From contig CANFOW010000002.1 in NCBI GenBank assembly GCA_947448865.1, positions 5,621 to 69,620 of the forward strand: a DNA stretch of 64,000 nt, written 5' to 3'. This DNA comes from Actinomycetota bacterium. Lineage in GTDB: Bacteria; Actinomycetota; Actinomycetes; S36-B12; UBA5976. Under the pieces are notes generated by a model. The model was not told the DNA's origin, ran no database searches, and was given only the letters and a program-made list of their open reading frames with translations. How positions within the stretch are numbered: position 1 is the first letter of the stretch; each line of letters begins with the position of its first letter. Below, piece after piece: positions 1 through 8,699 of the stretch. Made by a program: the position numbers and the translations under genes.

Positions 1-56
1 AACAGGACGAAGTTTTTAGACGCTACGACCTTATTTTCTAGTCGTAGCGAACCTCG

Positions 57-308
57 TTAGAGCACACCAAGAGCAGAAAGTTTGTCCCGTAAATCTGGAT
101 CGCTTGGTTCAGTCAGGTGAGAACCATCTGGGAACACAATTACCGGAATAGATTGAGCGCCGCCGTTTATGCGCACAACAGTTTGCGTTTCATCTGGATG
201 TTCTTCCAAGTCGACATACGTATAGTCGACATTCAATTCGTCCAATAGCCGTTTGGAACGTCGGCAATCTCCGCACCATTGGGCGCCATACATTGTGATG
301 TCACTCAT
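57..308 (-). CDS. Mycoredoxin/glutaredoxin-like (NrdH-type) redoxin
   Basis: WCGDC active-site motif and SIPVIVFPDGS; ATG at 308 preceded by GGGAG RBS. Confidence 0.88.
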   Translation of the reverse strand: MSDITMYGAQWCGDCRRSKRLLDELNVDYTYVDLEEHPDETQTVVRINGGAQSIPVIVFPDGSHLTEPSDPDLRDKLSALGVL

Positions 309-357
309 CGTGTACTCCCATCTCGTGGTTTCCACTGTACGCCAATAGGCTCATTTC

Positions 358-1311
358 ATGATGAATACGCGGCGCCTCGGTCAGTTAACAACTAGTGCAA
401 TTGGACTTGGTTGCATGCCAATGTCTTGGGGCTACAACGTAGCTGACGCCGATGCTGCGGAAAGTCGCGCAACACTTCATCGTGCAGTGGAGTTAGGTGT
501 CACACTGTTTGACACTGCCGATGTTTATGGCCCGTACACAAACGAAGAAACCCTTGGTGAGTACTTAGTCAAAGAGGGGTTTCGCGATCAAGTTTTAATT
601 GCAACCAAAGTTGGGCTGACTCCAATTAGTCCTACGCAATATGGACGAAACGGCCAGCCTGAATATGTGCGTTCCGCAATTGATGCATCGCTGAGTCGGC
701 TTGGTACCGATTATGTGGACTTGTATCAATTACACCGTGTTGATCCGCAAGTACCGATTGAAGAAACCTGGACAGCAATGGCGAGTCTGGTCGAACAAGG
801 CAAAGTTCGTTACTTGGGATTATCCGAAGCGTCAGTTGATGAAATTTCCCGAGCACATGCGATTCACCCAGTGACAAGTGTGCAAAGTGAGTTTTCGATT
901 TGGACAAGCGACAATGTGGATAACGGAGTCTTGGACTACACCAGAGATAACGGAATTGGCTTTATGCCATACGCGCCACTTGGTCGGGGATTCTTAACGG
1001 GTACCGTGAGCGCGAGCAGCGTCACCGAAGGTGATTTCAGAAGTAATAATCCGAGATTCACTGCCGAGGCAATTGCATCCAATCAGGCGATTGTGGACGG
1101 AATTGCACAAATCGCTACACGTCACGGAGTTGAGCCATCACATATCGCTTTAGCGTGGGTTTTGAGCCAAGGCGACCACATCGTTCCGATCCCTGGAACA
1201 AAGCGTCGTAAATGGCTTGAGCAAAACGTTGCCGCAGTAAATGTCATTCTGACCGAACAGGATTTAGCAGACATTGCGGCGTTACCGAAATCTCTTGCAC
1301 CACGGTATTAA
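358..1311 (+). CDS. Aldo/keto reductase
   Basis: GLGCM, DTADVYG, IATKVG, DLYQLHRVD, IPGT motifs. Confidence 0.93.
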   Translation: MMNTRRLGQLTTSAIGLGCMPMSWGYNVADADAAESRATLHRAVELGVTLFDTADVYGPYTNEETLGEYLVKEGFRDQVLIATKVGLTPISPTQYGRNGQPEYVRSAIDASLSRLGTDYVDLYQLHRVDPQVPIEETWTAMASLVEQGKVRYLGLSEASVDEISRAHAIHPVTSVQSEFSIWTSDNVDNGVLDYTRDNGIGFMPYAPLGRGFLTGTVSASSVTEGDFRSNNPRFTAEAIASNQAIVDGIAQIATRHGVEPSHIALAWVLSQGDHIVPIPGTKRRKWLEQNVAAVNVILTEQDLADIAALPKSLAPRY

Positions 1312-1332
1312 TTCGCACGGCCCGTATTCCAT

Positions 1333-1408
1333 CTGCACGTAATTCGTACTTCACGTAATTCGTACTGCACGTAATTCGTACTGCATGAAATTTGTACTGC
1401 ACGTACTT
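1333..1408. repeat. 16-bp tandem repeat (CTGCACGTAATTCGTA), about 4.7 copies
   Basis: Units at 1333, 1349, 1365, 1381 (degenerate) and 1397 (partial), between convergent genes, no spacers. Confidence 0.92.
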
Positions 1409-1464
1409 ATTGCCTGCCCAGCCGTTGACTGCTGCTATGAAGCGTGAATTGAAAGCTTGCGTGA

Positions 1465-3378
1465 TTACGGCAAGTCGTGCGGTTCGGTGATGAGCTCGCG
1501 GTAGAACTGCAACTCTTCTTGGGCACACAAAATAATGGTGTCTGCTCTCCCGAAGCCATGTGATTCGCCTTCAAATTCGAAGTACTTATGTCGCAATCCT
1601 TTTTCGATGCACACATCGCGGAAGGCTTGCGACTGCGAAGGTGGCACAATCGGATCGTCTAGGCCCTGGAAGAAAATAACAGGCACATTTAGTTTGTGAG
1701 TGTGAGTAAGTGGTGAACGCTCAATGTATAAATCCGCTGATTCCGGATATGGCCCAACTAACGAATCTAGGTAGCGGCTTTCGAAATCGTGTGTGTCCTG
1801 TGCCAACGGAATGAGATCGGCAACTCCGTAGTAATCTGCGCCGCCAGCAAAAATGTCACTGTGCACTAATGCGTTGAGTACTGCGAAGCCACCTGCACTT
1901 CCGCCACGAATAAAGACTTGTTCAGGCTCGGCGATTCCTTGATTAATCACACCTTGGGCAACCGCAATGATGTCTTCGGTATCTACTACTCCCCATAGCC
2001 CGCGCAGTGCATTGCGATAAGCACGCCCGTATCCCGTTGAACCACCGTAGTTAACGGCAATCACGGTAAAGCCACGCGATGTGAAATAGGCGTACTTTAT
2101 GTTTGCAACGGCATCTTCGTGACCAGTTGGTCCACCGTGGGCAGTAATGATGACAGGAGTGAGCCCAGGCGTTGCATAGTGAGGATTTGCTGGTGGGAAC
2201 ATGATCGCGTGCACGATGCGACCATCCACGCTGGGAAATGTGGCTTCGTATGGTGTGCTGAAGAAATCTGAAGACACGGGTAACGGGATTTCTTGTATCA
2301 CTCGATCTTGTTTGTGTTGGGAAATGGTGAATGAAACCACCGAAGGCATGTGTGAGACACCTCCACCAACGGCATACACATTGTGTCGAGTTGTCGAAAA
2401 AGTAAAGAACGCATTCAGTTCGCTGGCCAAGGATGTCCAAGTACCTGTCGTGACATCGAGTGCGACAATTTCACGTTGCGCTAATGGGCCGCGGGTCCCG
2501 ATGACAGTGTTGTTGCCCACGTAGCTCAAGTAGCGCCATCCAACGAACCACATTGGTAACGCCCACTCGGAATTATCTTGTGAGACGATTCCTGACTCGC
2601 CGTCTGTGTTTGTTGACCACACGTTCCACCAGCCGGAGGCATCGCTGAGGTAACACAATTCGTGAGGTGCAACCCACGTGGGACTATTGACGGCTTCAGT
2701 TTTTGAACCAGCTAGAACTTTCTTGTTCTCGAGCTGACCCGAGTGATTGATGTCTGCAATAAAAAGTTCAGTGCCATCCCATGGCATTTGCGGATGTTCC
2801 CATGCAATCCAGGCAAGCATGTTGTCATCGGGAGACAGCGTTAGATGAGCATAGAAATGAGATTGCGAATCCAATTCGCGAATGTCACCGTCGGGCGAAA
2901 TTGCAATCAAGGATCGAGTGGTTGCATCGTGACCGCTTGCTTCGCGAATGCACCAGATTTCATCACCACGAATAAGCATGTCGCAGTAGCGCCAGGACAC
3001 ATCGGTCGAAGACTCGGGAGTAATGGCTACTGGCTCTCCACCGTCGACTTGCCAATACAGCCGTTGATCAGAGGCTTCGCAAAAGAGAAGACCGCTTGCG
3101 CCATTCCACAAAGTGACTAACCAACTCAAGCCACCCATTTCATGAACGCGTGTTTTCGCACTCCAAGGGGCGCGAAGTATGTCGCCATGTTGCTCACTCA
3201 CGACAACATTGCGACCACCTTCATTGGGACGTTCTTCATCCCAAAAAACATCACCGTTGAACGGCTGTGTGAAAGCAAAGCGCACGCCAGCTTTTGCCAA
3301 CATTTCTGCAGAAATTTGGCTTTCCCACATTCCCGGAATGGACGAAGTTGGTGCAGCGCTGGAACGAGAAGATGTCAT
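1465..3378 (-). CDS. S9 family (prolyl oligopeptidase-like) peptidase
   Basis: HGGP, GGSAGG nucleophile elbow, QGLDDPIV and GESHGF (Ser-Asp-His triad), N-terminal propeller region. Confidence 0.92.
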   Translation of the reverse strand: MTSSRSSAAPTSSIPGMWESQISAEMLAKAGVRFAFTQPFNGDVFWDEERPNEGGRNVVVSEQHGDILRAPWSAKTRVHEMGGLSWLVTLWNGASGLLFCEASDQRLYWQVDGGEPVAITPESSTDVSWRYCDMLIRGDEIWCIREASGHDATTRSLIAISPDGDIRELDSQSHFYAHLTLSPDDNMLAWIAWEHPQMPWDGTELFIADINHSGQLENKKVLAGSKTEAVNSPTWVAPHELCYLSDASGWWNVWSTNTDGESGIVSQDNSEWALPMWFVGWRYLSYVGNNTVIGTRGPLAQREIVALDVTTGTWTSLASELNAFFTFSTTRHNVYAVGGGVSHMPSVVSFTISQHKQDRVIQEIPLPVSSDFFSTPYEATFPSVDGRIVHAIMFPPANPHYATPGLTPVIITAHGGPTGHEDAVANIKYAYFTSRGFTVIAVNYGGSTGYGRAYRNALRGLWGVVDTEDIIAVAQGVINQGIAEPEQVFIRGGSAGGFAVLNALVHSDIFAGGADYYGVADLIPLAQDTHDFESRYLDSLVGPYPESADLYIERSPLTHTHKLNVPVIFFQGLDDPIVPPSQSQAFRDVCIEKGLRHKYFEFEGESHGFGRADTIILCAQEELQFYRELITEPHDLP

Positions 3379-3401
3379 AAACCCAGTATTCCTGTTAGTC
3401 G

Positions 3402-3782
3402 CTAAAGCAAAGGGTATGAACCATCGGCGTCATGCTTTTCAGTTCCCACAAGTGCGGGAGTGAACACGCAAATAATGCGCACGTCGGTCTTTGTTCGCAT
3501 TTGATGACGGTCATGATGATCAAGCGTGTATGACATGCCAGGTCGTACTTCGAAAACTTCGCCGGTTTCGAGATTCTCAAGTTCGCCTTCGCCCTCGAGA
3601 ATGTAGTTAGCCTCGATGTGGTTCTTGTATTCCAGAGTCAGCGTCGAGCCCGCTTTGAGATGGGTGTCGTGTAGTGAGAATCCGACGCCATCAATACGAG
3701 TGAGCATGCGCAGGCTGGTACCTGTTGCAAACTCTGAATGGTTTGGACCACCAACGAGGTCTTCGGAATAACGCACGATCAT
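3402..3782 (-). CDS. ectC: Solitary ectoine synthase (EctC)-like cupin
   Basis: MIVR start, DGVGFSLHDT, YKNHIEANY, YTLDHHDRH, CVFTPALVGTEKHDADGSYPL all match the EctC family; AAGGAG RBS; no ectA/ectB in window. Confidence 0.88.
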   Translation of the reverse strand: MIVRYSEDLVGGPNHSEFATGTSLRMLTRIDGVGFSLHDTHLKAGSTLTLEYKNHIEANYILEGEGELENLETGEVFEVRPGMSYTLDHHDRHQMRTKTDVRIICVFTPALVGTEKHDADGSYPLL

Positions 3783-3835
3783 GAGTGTCTCCTTTGTGTG
3801 TTAATACGAGCCTATTGGTCGGATACAACCACGAA

Positions 3836-3862
3836 GCCCCTGCCAGGAAGTCTGACAGGGGC
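3836..3862 (-). terminator. Terminator-like hairpin downstream of glnA
   Basis: GCCCCTGTCAG/CTGGCAGGGGC 11-bp stem (one G-U) followed by a weak TTCGTGGTT tail. Confidence 0.6.
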
Positions 3863-3942
3863 AACAGGTCTTGCACACGGCGCCGAGGCGACCAGGAGCC
3901 AAGGTGCAAGCGGTCGGTTTCAGGCAGAAACCGAGACCGTGC
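3861..3942 (-). ncRNA. Candidate structured RNA in the glnA 3' region
   Basis: Stems TCGGTTTC/GAAACCGA and CTTGCAC/GTGCAAG (with inner CGCC/GGCG); possible closing stem GGTCT/AGACC. Confidence 0.4.
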
Positions 3943-3959
3943 AGATAGGCGACTTCGAC

Positions 3960-5405
3960 TTAGATGTCGTAGTACAACTCAAACTCGGCTGGGTGTGGAC
4001 GCAAACGCACATAGTCCACTTCAGCTTCGCGCTTGTAAGCAATCCAGGTTTCGATGAGATCCTTGGTGAACACTCCACCTTCGAGAAGGTAATCATGGTC
4101 AGCTTCTAAAGCATCGAGCACAGCAGGAAGTGATGCTGGAACCTGCGGGATGTCCGCAGCTTCGTCTGGTGGCAACTCGTACAGGTCCTTATCGACTGGT
4201 GCATGTGGTTCGATTTTGTTCTTGATTCCGTCCAGGCCAGCCATCAACATGGCAGCAAATGCCAAGTATGGGTTGCTTGAAGGATCTGGACAACGGAACT
4301 CAATGCGCTTTGCCTTAGGGTTGCTGCCGGTGATGGGGATACGTAGACATGCTGAACGATTGCGCTGGCTGTATACCAAGTTCACTGGTGCTTCGTAGCC
4401 TGGAACTAAACGGTGGTACGAGTTCACTGTTGGGTTGGTGAATGCAAGAAGCGATGGTGCATGCTTCAGGATGCCACCGATGTACCAACGAGCAAGATCC
4501 GAAAGACCGCCGTATCCGCGCTCGTCGTAGAACAATGGCACGCCATCGGTCCACAACGACTGGTGTACGTGCATACCTGAACCGTTATCTCCGAAGAGTG
4601 GCTTTGGCATGAACGTTGCAGTCTTGCCGCCAGCCCATGCAGTGTTTTTGATGACGTACTTAAACAACATGACTTCATCGGCGGCCTTGAGCAGCGTGTT
4701 GAAGCGGTAGTTGATTTCCATTTGACCGGCAGTACCGACTTCGTGGTGCGAACGCTCGACAAGCAATCCAACTTCGGCAAGCTTGATCACCATTTGGTCG
4801 CGCAAATCAGCAAGTTGATCGGTTGGGGACACAGGGAAGTAGCCGCCCTTGTAGCGGGTCTTGTAGCCGCGATTGTCGGAACCATCTGCGTTGAACTCAA
4901 CGCCGGTGTTCCACGCTGCTTCAATCGAGTCAACGTGATGGAATGATTCATTCTGCGAGGTCTTGAATCGCACGGAATCAAATACGAAGAACTCTGCTTC
5001 TGGAGCAAAGAAAGCTGTATCAGCAATACCAGTTGATTGCAGGTAAGCCTCTGCCTTTGCGGCAACGTTGCGAGGATCACGGCTGTAAGGCTCGTCTGTG
5101 AATGGATCGCGAACTGAGAAGTTCATAACCAAGGTCTTTTCCGCACGGAAAGGATCGACAAATGCGGTCGTGACATCGGGAATCAATTTCATATCTGATT
5201 CGTGAATTTGTTGGAATCCACGAATTGATGAACCGTCAAACATTTGTCCGTTTGCGAACAAATCTTCGTCAACTGATTCAACAGGAATGTTGAAGTGCTG
5301 CATCACGCCGGGAAGGTCGCAGAATCGCACATCAACGAATCGGATGTTGTTGTCCTTGATGTACTTGAGTACATCAGCAGGGGTTTTTAGTCCAAGGTTG
5401 GACAT
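3960..5405 (-). CDS. glnA: Glutamine synthetase type I
   Basis: [49 protein letters not shown] adenylylation motif. Confidence 0.98.
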   Translation of the reverse strand: MSNLGLKTPADVLKYIKDNNIRFVDVRFCDLPGVMQHFNIPVESVDEDLFANGQMFDGSSIRGFQQIHESDMKLIPDVTTAFVDPFRAEKTLVMNFSVRDPFTDEPYSRDPRNVAAKAEAYLQSTGIADTAFFAPEAEFFVFDSVRFKTSQNESFHHVDSIEAAWNTGVEFNADGSDNRGYKTRYKGGYFPVSPTDQLADLRDQMVIKLAEVGLLVERSHHEVGTAGQMEINYRFNTLLKAADEVMLFKYVIKNTAWAGGKTATFMPKPLFGDNGSGMHVHQSLWTDGVPLFYDERGYGGLSDLARWYIGGILKHAPSLLAFTNPTVNSYHRLVPGYEAPVNLVYSQRNRSACLRIPITGSNPKAKRIEFRCPDPSSNPYLAFAAMLMAGLDGIKNKIEPHAPVDKDLYELPPDEAADIPQVPASLPAVLDALEADHDYLLEGGVFTKDLIETWIAYKREAEVDYVRLRPHPAEFELYYDI

Positions 5406-5516
5406 TGTGCCTCCAATAGTTGTGTAGTCGCCTCGAATATTTCGACGGGGAAGTCGCCTTTGGGATTATTGATCAACACCAGCGGTGACCAATAATCATG
5501 ACTATAGGACGGTGCG

Positions 5517-5554
5517 ATTTCGTGACCGTATCCCAAGTGTTTCGGCTGTGTTAC
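5517..5554 (-). promoter_or_regulatory. GlnR-binding box upstream of glnA
   Basis: Minus strand GTAAC-n6-GAAAC-n6-GATAC-n6-GAAAT matches the actinobacterial GlnR consensus; -10 TATAGT at 5501-5506. Confidence 0.85.
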
Positions 5555-5588
5555 GCGCGGTCAGTAATTGCGTACTAGCCTCTACCTC

Positions 5589-6056
5589 GTGGACCGCAAA
5601 GATGTTTCGTCATGGCTCTCAGGGCCGAAATCAGCTCTTGAGCAGCAGGGGTTTGACTTGGGTTACCCCGGTCAGCGACTTGGTTTGCCTGAAGTTGGAG
5701 TCGGCAGTGTTGCTCCGATGGGACGCAGAATCATTGCACTATTCATCGACTGGTTTGCGTGCATGGCGATAGCTGGGTTAATCAATCCTGGAATTGCATA
5801 CTCAACAAAGTCTTTATTGATTCTGATTATTTTCTTGGTAGAAGTTTTCGTCTTCACGTCATTGATGGGGGCATCGTTTGGCCAACGCATCATGGGAATT
5901 GGTCTGATAAAACTCAATGGCCAACGAGTAGGCGTCGGGTTCGTGCTGCTTCGTACGTGGCTTTTGAGTTGGGTTATCCCAGCAATTGTGTATGACAGAG
6001 ATGGTCGCGGGCTACACGACAAGGCAGCAGAGTGTGTTGTCGTGCGAATGCGCTAG
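5589..6056 (+). CDS. RDD family membrane protein
   Basis: GRRIIALFIDW and DRDGRGLHDKAA motifs; divergent from glnA; TAGCCT -10 7 nt before GTG. Confidence 0.9.
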   Translation: MDRKDVSSWLSGPKSALEQQGFDLGYPGQRLGLPEVGVGSVAPMGRRIIALFIDWFACMAIAGLINPGIAYSTKSLLILIIFLVEVFVFTSLMGASFGQRIMGIGLIKLNGQRVGVGFVLLRTWLLSWVIPAIVYDRDGRGLHDKAAECVVVRMR

Positions 6057-6071
6057 CAGGCAGATATCGTG

Positions 6072-6254
6072 CTAGAGACCAAGCTGACTCTTGATCGTGT
6101 CAAAGTAGCCGTTGTTATTAAGGTATGGCAACACGACTATGAAAAGTGCGCCAAGAATGATGGCCCACTTGACTAACTTTTTCACGATAAATAAAACGAC
6201 AAGGACGATTCCGACTATGTGCAGCGGTGTTATCTGATTCAGAAGATCCTGCAT
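6072..6254 (-). CDS. Small hypothetical membrane protein (60 aa)
   Basis: Two hydrophobic segments; TAATG stop/start overlap with the upstream gene. Confidence 0.65.
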   Translation of the reverse strand: MQDLLNQITPLHIVGIVLVVLFIVKKLVKWAIILGALFIVVLPYLNNNGYFDTIKSQLGL

Positions 6255-6919
6255 TAGCGTCTCGGAATCTTTCTACCCTGAGGCATCGGTCCTTTAGGTA
6301 TTGGAAGGGCTGTCTTTGGTAAAGCTTCTAGTCGACGTCGCAATTCTGTGACTTCGGCAGGACGAAGTGCCTTGGGAAGCTTCTTGATGTGCTTTTGAAG
6401 TTTGGTGAGCGGAACTCCGCCTTCGCCAACAAAAATTTCATGGATTGGTGCGCCTTGTACAAAACGCGCGTGTGCCTTGCGCTGTTCGGCGAGTAGCGTT
6501 CCAGGGCGCGAGCCTTCGGCAACCAAAATAATTCCAGGCTTACCGACTACGCGGTGAACAAGATTTTGATTTTTATCTACGCCAACACCAGGTGTCGAAA
6601 ACCATGCGCCGCGCATGGCTTGGATAACAGATGCTGCGGCACCAAGTTGACCTTCGATAGATCCATAGGCAGCAGCACTTGCCCAGCGACCAAAGATGTA
6701 TGTCGTCACTAAGAAAGCTGTCGGTAGGCCCAAAATGAGAAACACCCATTGGTAACCCAGTAGTCGACCTATTAGTGTCATGGCCGCAAGTGTTGCGAAG
6801 AATAGACCTGCAAGTTTTAGTCCGAGCAGACTGATGTGCTCTTTTGCGAAGGTATACGTCTCGCGGACTTGGACGTACCACTTTTGTTTTTCAGGTGCCG
6901 ATGCGTTGCGTGATGACAT
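6254..6919 (-). CDS. DUF4191 family membrane protein
   Basis: EGQLGAA, VHRVVGKPG, PIPKGPMP; conserved position after lipA; ATG 6919 with TAAAGT -10. Confidence 0.88.
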   Translation of the reverse strand: MSSRNASAPEKQKWYVQVRETYTFAKEHISLLGLKLAGLFFATLAAMTLIGRLLGYQWVFLILGLPTAFLVTTYIFGRWASAAAYGSIEGQLGAAASVIQAMRGAWFSTPGVGVDKNQNLVHRVVGKPGIILVAEGSRPGTLLAEQRKAHARFVQGAPIHEIFVGEGGVPLTKLQKHIKKLPKALRPAEVTELRRRLEALPKTALPIPKGPMPQGRKIPRR

Positions 6920-6929
6920 GACTCTTACT

Positions 6930-7883
6930 TTAGACGGCTTGCTGCCCACGGGCTGCAATGGCTTGCTGATAAAGCCGGCCAGCACGATATGAGGAACGTA
7001 CGAGCGGTCCGCTCATGACACCTACAAATCCAATGGAGGTGGCGTAGTCCGCTAGGGCAACAAATTCCTCTGGCTTAACCCAACGTTCAACAGGATGATG
7101 ACGTAGGGACGGGCGAAGGTATTGAGTAATAGTGACAAGGTCGCAGCCTGCATTATGCAGATCATGGAGGGCTTGCTCTACTTCGGAGATTTCTTCTCCC
7201 ATGCCCAAAATCAGGTTGCTTTTTGTAACTAGACCAAAGTCACGCGCAGCAGTAATGACATCCATGGAACGTTCGTAGCGAAACGCAGGACGGATGCGCT
7301 TGAAAATCCGTGGGACAGTTTCGATGTTGTGAGCAAATACCTCAGGGCGTGACTCGAAAACTTCGGCCAAAAGATGTGGCTCGGCATTGAAATCGGGGGC
7401 AAGCATTTCTACTTGGCAACCGGGAACGGCTTCGTGAATGCGACGAATTGTTTCGGCATATAGCCAGGCTCCGCCATCTTCAAGATCATCGCGTGCAACG
7501 CCAGTGACAGTCGCGTACTTTAGTTGCATCTTGGCAACAGATTCAGCAACGCGTCGAGGCTCATCGCGATCAAGTGGCTGTGGTTTGCCGGTATCTATTT
7601 GGCAGAAATCGCAACGACGTGTGCACTGATCGCCACCAATAAGAAATGTTGCTTCACGGTCTTCCCAGCATTCAAAAATGTTAGGGCAGCCAGCTTCTTG
7701 GCAAACCGTGTGAAGGCCTTCGCCTTTCACAAGATTCATGATTTCTGTGTATTGCGGCCCCGTGTTCAATCGGGTTTTAATCCACTCTGGTTTGCGTTCG
7801 ATTGGCGTTTGAGAGTTGCGTGCTTCAATGCGAAGGAGTTTTCGGCCTTCGGGTTCAGGCGTCGCGGATGAAGTCACGTCCAT
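6930..7883 (-). CDS. lipA: Lipoyl synthase
   Basis: [12 protein letters not shown] and radical-SAM CTRRCDFC motifs, RSSY. Confidence 0.97.
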   Translation of the reverse strand: MDVTSSATPEPEGRKLLRIEARNSQTPIERKPEWIKTRLNTGPQYTEIMNLVKGEGLHTVCQEAGCPNIFECWEDREATFLIGGDQCTRRCDFCQIDTGKPQPLDRDEPRRVAESVAKMQLKYATVTGVARDDLEDGGAWLYAETIRRIHEAVPGCQVEMLAPDFNAEPHLLAEVFESRPEVFAHNIETVPRIFKRIRPAFRYERSMDVITAARDFGLVTKSNLILGMGEEISEVEQALHDLHNAGCDLVTITQYLRPSLRHHPVERWVKPEEFVALADYATSIGFVGVMSGPLVRSSYRAGRLYQQAIAARGQQAV

Positions 7884-7887
7884 AAGT

Positions 7888-8568
7888 CTATGCAGGAGTT
7901 GCTTCGATGAGACTCGACGGCTTACTTGGGACCTCTAGGGAATCAAACACTCTGTGCAGATTTCTTGTGACGCTCTCGACGATGTCGGATACCTGCACGA
8001 GTCGCCTTAACTCTTGCGAGATTGAGGTGACACCTGCATCGCTAATTCCGCACGGCACAATGCGGTCAAACCAGGATTGTTCGTTGTTGCAATTAATCGC
8101 GAATCCGTGCATTGTGACGCCTTGTGCAACCCGCACACCAATAGCGGCAATTTTGCGATCTTGGGGTTCGCTGTTCACCCAGACTCCGCTACGACCCTTA
8201 ATGCGTCCGGTTGGGAGGTCGAAATCCGCACATACCCCGATGATGACGTCTTCTAAGCGACGCACATGGGCAACAACATCCAGCACGCTGGGCAGGCGCA
8301 TAATCGGGTAACCCACGAGTTGGCCAGGACCGTGCCAGGTAATTTTGCCGCCTCGATCAACGTCAATAACTGGGGTGCCATCAAAGGGCCGCTCAAAGGA
8401 TTCAGTTCGTCGTCCCGCGGTGTAAACGGGTGAATGTTCAAGTAAAACAACGGTGTCAAGGGTTGTTCCCGAGACGACACCTGAATGCAATGTGCGTTGG
8501 TAGTCCCAAGCCCAGGCGTAATCGACGAGTTGGGTCCCAATACCGAGTGTTTCGACCTGGAAATCCAC
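7888..8568 (-). CDS. lipB: Lipoyl(octanoyl) transferase
   Basis: [35 protein letters not shown]. Confidence 0.97.
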   Translation of the reverse strand: MDFQVETLGIGTQLVDYAWAWDYQRTLHSGVVSGTTLDTVVLLEHSPVYTAGRRTESFERPFDGTPVIDVDRGGKITWHGPGQLVGYPIMRLPSVLDVVAHVRRLEDVIIGVCADFDLPTGRIKGRSGVWVNSEPQDRKIAAIGVRVAQGVTMHGFAINCNNEQSWFDRIVPCGISDAGVTSISQELRRLVQVSDIVESVTRNLHRVFDSLEVPSKPSSLIEATPA

Positions 8569-8699
8569 GTAATCCAGACTACCCCTGCAATCGTGGGCGG
8601 ATTTGTCACGTGGGCAGCCATCGTCCCTCGGCAGGAGAAATACCTAGGCTCACGGTAGATTAGGCACGACCTGTTCCTATAGATGAAATGTGGCATCTC

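Noticed and set aside
3861-3942. Glutamine (glnA-motif) riboswitch
   Set aside because: That motif lies 5' of genes, mainly in cyanobacteria; I cannot match its conserved nucleotides here, so it is kept only as an unnamed structured RNA candidate
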